Positions 7,356 through 10,061 of a stretch of 10,061 nt of DNA are shown in pieces. This DNA comes from an uncultured Gemmatimonadota bacterium (lineage in GTDB: Bacteria; SM23-81): positions 1-10,061 of the forward strand of contig CAZOYL010000097.1 of NCBI GenBank assembly GCA_964584035.1. The letters are read 5' to 3'. The position numbers were made by a program, and so were the translations under genes. Under the pieces are notes generated by a model. The model saw only the letters and a program-made list of their open reading frames with translations, did no database searches and was not told the DNA's origin. The stretch's first letter is position 1, and each line of letters opens with the position of its first letter.

Positions 7356-8750
7356 TTATGGCCCTCCGGATCGGTCACCTTTCCGCGGCGGCTCCATCGT
7401 TTTCCCGGACTCACTGTTCGGCAGCCATGATTCCAGCGCCTCTCCGGACCAGCGGATCATACGATAGAGGGCTTCGCGGCGCCCGTTGCGGACGAACGGA
7501 TTCCACCACAGCCAGACCGTCCGGCCCTCTGCGGTAACCTCGAAAACCTGCCCCTGGTCGCTGTTGCAGATCAGCGTGTTCCCGTTGGGCAGCCGCTGCG
7601 CCGACCCTTTGCCGAAGGAGAAAAAGCTCTCCCGGGGGGTCCCCTGATACGACCAGACGATCGCGCCCGTCAGGGGATCCGCTTCCACCACCCGCGAATA
7701 CCGCCGCCTGACGCCGTTGTCGAATATCAACAGATGGCCGTTTTCCAGAAGGGTGGGATAATGGGGCCATTGCAGCCGGCCCTCCCCCCAGGCCCAGAGG
7801 ACGCGATAGGTGTCCTTCTCCAGGACCGCGATCTGGTTTACGTTTCGGAAACAGACCAGCAGGTTGCCTGCCCGGAATCGCTCATCCTCCCTCTCCAGCG
7901 TATTGGCCGGCAGCACACTGACGGTGTTCATGTGGAAATAGTCATAGGGCTGCCCGCCCGGCTTTTCCGCCGTCCTGACCGCATCCAGCTCATGGCCCTG
8001 CGGCGACCAGCCCTGAACGACGCTGTCTAAAATCGTGTCCAGGAACGATCGGGTGTCCAGCGCCGCCGAGATGTCTTCCAGATGCTCGAAGGTCGACCAT
8101 CGCCCGATCTCCTCTCCATCGGCGTCGAGATGGATGATCCCGCAGAAATGCACCCTCAGGCCACGGTACATCTTCAGTTCCCGGTAGAGGGCATAGAAGG
8201 TCCCGTCCGGGGCCCGGGCCACGTCATGATGCACCGGAAGATCCCGCTGCCACAACAACTCCGAATCCCGGTCGATGCGCATCAGCCGGGATTCCTTCCT
8301 GATGATCATCAGGTCGCCGTCGGTCAGCAGGAAGGCGAAATCGGTGCCGTTCTGGTCGTCCTCCCCGGCCGGCGGCAGCTGCCATCGATGCACTTCCCGT
8401 CCCCTCATATCGAATAACTGGGCCGCTCCGAACGTAAGGCTGTTGAAAAAGTTATAGCCGTCCCAGGCCAGTTCGGGAAGATAGACGGCGACGCTGGAAT
8501 CGACCTCGCCGGCCTCGCTCCGGGAGAACGCCAGATAGGGCACGGAACGGAGCATCTCCAATCGCCGCTCCCAGTCTTCGGGCCGGATCTCGTCATCGGG
8601 CTGAGTCTCATCTTCGGGCGTGGCCTCGTCCTCGGGCCGGGCCTGATTCTCTGCCCGGGTCTCATCCTTGGTACAGGCCTCATCCCCGGCCAGGGCCGCG
8701 CCTGCCGCCAGCATGGAAACCAGCAGCAAACCGGGGAAAACCTGTTTCAT
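7356..8750 (-). CDS. Secreted arylsulfotransferase (ASST)-family protein, paralog 1 (464 aa from ATG 8750)
   Basis: MKQVFPGLLLVSMLAAGAALA-GD is a typical Sec signal peptide with an A-x-A cleavage site, and AGGT lies upstream of ATG 8750 (the ORF is open to 8786). Motifs HHD, DYFHMN, CFRNVN, WPHYP, FDNG, GSAQRLPNGNTLICNS. Confidence 0.85.
   Translation of the reverse strand: MKQVFPGLLLVSMLAAGAALAGDEACTKDETRAENQARPEDEATPEDETQPDDEIRPEDWERRLEMLRSVPYLAFSRSEAGEVDSSVAVYLPELAWDGYNFFNSLTFGAAQLFDMRGREVHRWQLPPAGEDDQNGTDFAFLLTDGDLMIIRKESRLMRIDRDSELLWQRDLPVHHDVARAPDGTFYALYRELKMYRGLRVHFCGIIHLDADGEEIGRWSTFEHLEDISAALDTRSFLDTILDSVVQGWSPQGHELDAVRTAEKPGGQPYDYFHMNTVSVLPANTLEREDERFRAGNLLVCFRNVNQIAVLEKDTYRVLWAWGEGRLQWPHYPTLLENGHLLIFDNGVRRRYSRVVEADPLTGAIVWSYQGTPRESFFSFGKGSAQRLPNGNTLICNSDQGQVFEVTAEGRTVWLWWNPFVRNGRREALYRMIRWSGEALESWLPNSESGKTMEPPRKGDRSGGP
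8565..8690 (-). repeat. Degenerate 18-nt in-frame tandem repeat, 7 units (PEDExx-like acidic hexapeptide), after the signal peptide of paralog 1
   Basis: AGDEAC TKDETR AENQAR PEDEAT PEDETQ PDDEIR PEDWER. The 18-nt periodicity is visible in the DNA: TC(T/A/C)TCGGGC recurs at 8575, 8593, 8611 and 8629 on the + strand. Confidence 0.8.
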
Positions 8751-8799
8751 ATTGAAACCTGACGATCGAAGCATAGAAAGGTTCAATCCTGCGCCGTCC

Positions 8800-8910
8800 T
8801 TCGGGTATCGGGAATTGGTTCGCTATTCGGGATCCGGGTTTGGGATTCGAGGTTCGTGCATCCGGGTTCAAGAATCTGGATTCGGGATCCAGGATGAGGG
8901 TTCGGATCGT
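8800..8910. repeat. Degenerate intergenic heptamer tandem repeat (consensus ~ATTCGGG / ATCCGGG on +)
   Basis: From 8825: ATTCGGG ATCCGG GTTTGGG ATTCGAG GTTCGTG CATCCGG GTTCAAG AATCTGG ATTCGGG ATCCAGG ATGAGG GTTCGG, with looser units (TTCGGGT ATCGGG) at 8800-8812. ATTCGGGATCC occurs exactly twice, at 8825 and 8880. Confidence 0.75.
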
Positions 8911-8931
8911 CGACGATCGGTCAACGAAGGT

Positions 8932-9687
8932 TTACTTCAACCTCTCTAAAAATTTCAACGATGCCAGCGGTCGATGATCCTCGGCGCAATGGGCCACGAA
9001 CTCCTCTACAAGGGCGGTCACCCGCCGCACGTTCCCCCGTCCAGGATCGAGCCGGCCGATGGCCTCGAACTCATCGCTGAGAAGATGCTGGAGAAGCTCA
9101 AGCACCTCCTCGGTGATGACCGCATGAGCACTCCCTGCGCCGGCGCAGCGGCTGCAGATCGCTCCTCCCCCGGAAGTGCTGAATCCCTTCAACTGCCCGG
9201 CCACGGGACGTCCGCACCGCGAACAGGCATAGAGCTGAGGACGAAATCCCAGCAAGGCAACGATCTTGAGCATCAGGGCCGAAAGAAGCATCGACGGCCG
9301 GTCCTGTCTCTCGAGGGTCTGGAATCCGCCCAGGAGCAGAGGAAAAAGTTCCGGCACCGGCTCGGCCCGCATCACCATCCGGTCCACCAATTCCACCACG
9401 GCACTGGCCCGCCCCAGCCGTTCGGCATCTTCCCGAAGTCCATAAAAATCTTCCCGTAGCGTGCTCTCGGTGACCAGGCCGAGATCCCTGTTCTCCTTGA
9501 GATACAGAATGACACTGCTGTGAGCGAACAGATCCAGGCCGGCGCCGAACCGGCTTTTCGGTCGGCGGGCCCCCTTGGCCACGGCGGCCAGCTTGCCGAA
9601 CCGCTCGGTAAACAGCGTCAGGATCTTGCTGGTTTCTCCCAGATGGCGGGATCTGAGAACGATGGCCTCCGTCTTCCGCAGAGCCAT
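8932..9687 (-). CDS. recO: DNA repair protein RecO (251 aa)
   Basis: N-terminal OB-fold pattern TEAIVLRS..LGETSKILTLFT..FGK..AVAKGARRPKSRF, LGFRPQL, and two CxxC zinc ligands (CSRC...CSRC). The GAGG SD overlaps the mgtE stop codon. It occupies the usual position upstream of glyQS. Confidence 0.95.
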   Translation of the reverse strand: MALRKTEAIVLRSRHLGETSKILTLFTERFGKLAAVAKGARRPKSRFGAGLDLFAHSSVILYLKENRDLGLVTESTLREDFYGLREDAERLGRASAVVELVDRMVMRAEPVPELFPLLLGGFQTLERQDRPSMLLSALMLKIVALLGFRPQLYACSRCGRPVAGQLKGFSTSGGGAICSRCAGAGSAHAVITEEVLELLQHLLSDEFEAIGRLDPGRGNVRRVTALVEEFVAHCAEDHRPLASLKFLERLK

Positions 9688-9696
9688 GGGAGATCC

Positions 9697-10061
9697 TCAG
9701 CTTGAGGCCAGCAGCCGAAGAAGCATAAAGGCCAGGCCGAAATAGATGAACAGCCCGACGATATCGTTGCTCATGGTGACGAACGGTCCGGTGGCGATGG
9801 CCGGGTCGATATTGAACTTCTTGAAAATCAGAGGAACCAGCGCGCCCATGGTGGCGGCCACGGTGATGGCGCTGAGCATGGCCGAGCCGACGATGACGCC
9901 GAGCAGGGCATCTCCCTGCCAGATGAAGGCCACCAGGCCGACGATGACGCCGCACATCAGCCCCATGAGCAGCCCGATGCGCACCTCTCGCAACAGCCGG
10001 CGGGCGATGTCGAACAAGCCGATCTCGCCGGTGGCCAGCCCCCGGACCACGATGGCCGAGG
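9697..10061 (-). CDS. mgtE: Magnesium transporter MgtE, C-terminal transmembrane part (5' end is outside the window)
   Basis: SAIVVRGLATGEI...LLREVRIGLL.G...G...MGALVPLIFKKFNIDPAIATGPFVTMSNDIVGLFIYFGLA matches the MgtE membrane-domain signature DPA..xGPFxT...D. The frame is open to the window edge. Confidence 0.93.
   Translation of the reverse strand, partial: SAIVVRGLATGEIGLFDIARRLLREVRIGLLMGLMCGVIVGLVAFIWQGDALLGVIVGSAMLSAITVAATMGALVPLIFKKFNIDPAIATGPFVTMSNDIVGLFIYFGLAFMLLRLLASS

Noticed and set aside
8565..8910. CRISPR array
   Set aside because: The repeats are short, degenerate and directly tandem, with no unique spacers and no cas genes.
3261..8931. Mobile element or genomic island carrying the array
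   Set aside because: No integrase, transposase, terminal inverted repeats or flanking direct repeats are visible, and by eye the coding GC content resembles the flanking housekeeping genes.
461..9705. Long plus-strand ORFs (e.g. 2427-3434, 3262-4299, 4630-5598) and alternate-frame minus ORFs (e.g. 9098-9955, 3971-4738)
   Set aside because: These are shadow ORFs of GC-rich coding sequence. They lie over well-supported genes, and the similarities among the plus-strand ones only mirror the paralogy of the genes opposite.

Overview
GC-rich bacterial DNA with every credible gene on the minus strand. In transcription order (right to left): mgtE (3' part only) - recO - four tandem paralogous secreted arylsulfotransferase (ASST)-like beta-propeller genes - glyQ - glyS, then a near-consensus sigma70 promoter for a gene that runs off the left edge. 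The main oddity is the ~5.5 kb four-paralog array. It sits inside the normally contiguous recO-glyQ-glyS housekeeping string and has a degenerate heptamer-repeat tract at its upstream junction. All four paralogs keep the ASST-type catalytic motifs, but they differ almost completely in one loop just before the His-x-Asn motif. Two paralogs carry in-frame tandem-repeat expansions (12 nt and 18 nt). glyS is split by an apparent 1-nt deletion near 1874-1889, most likely a sequencing error. All calls come from reading motifs by eye; no searches were run.
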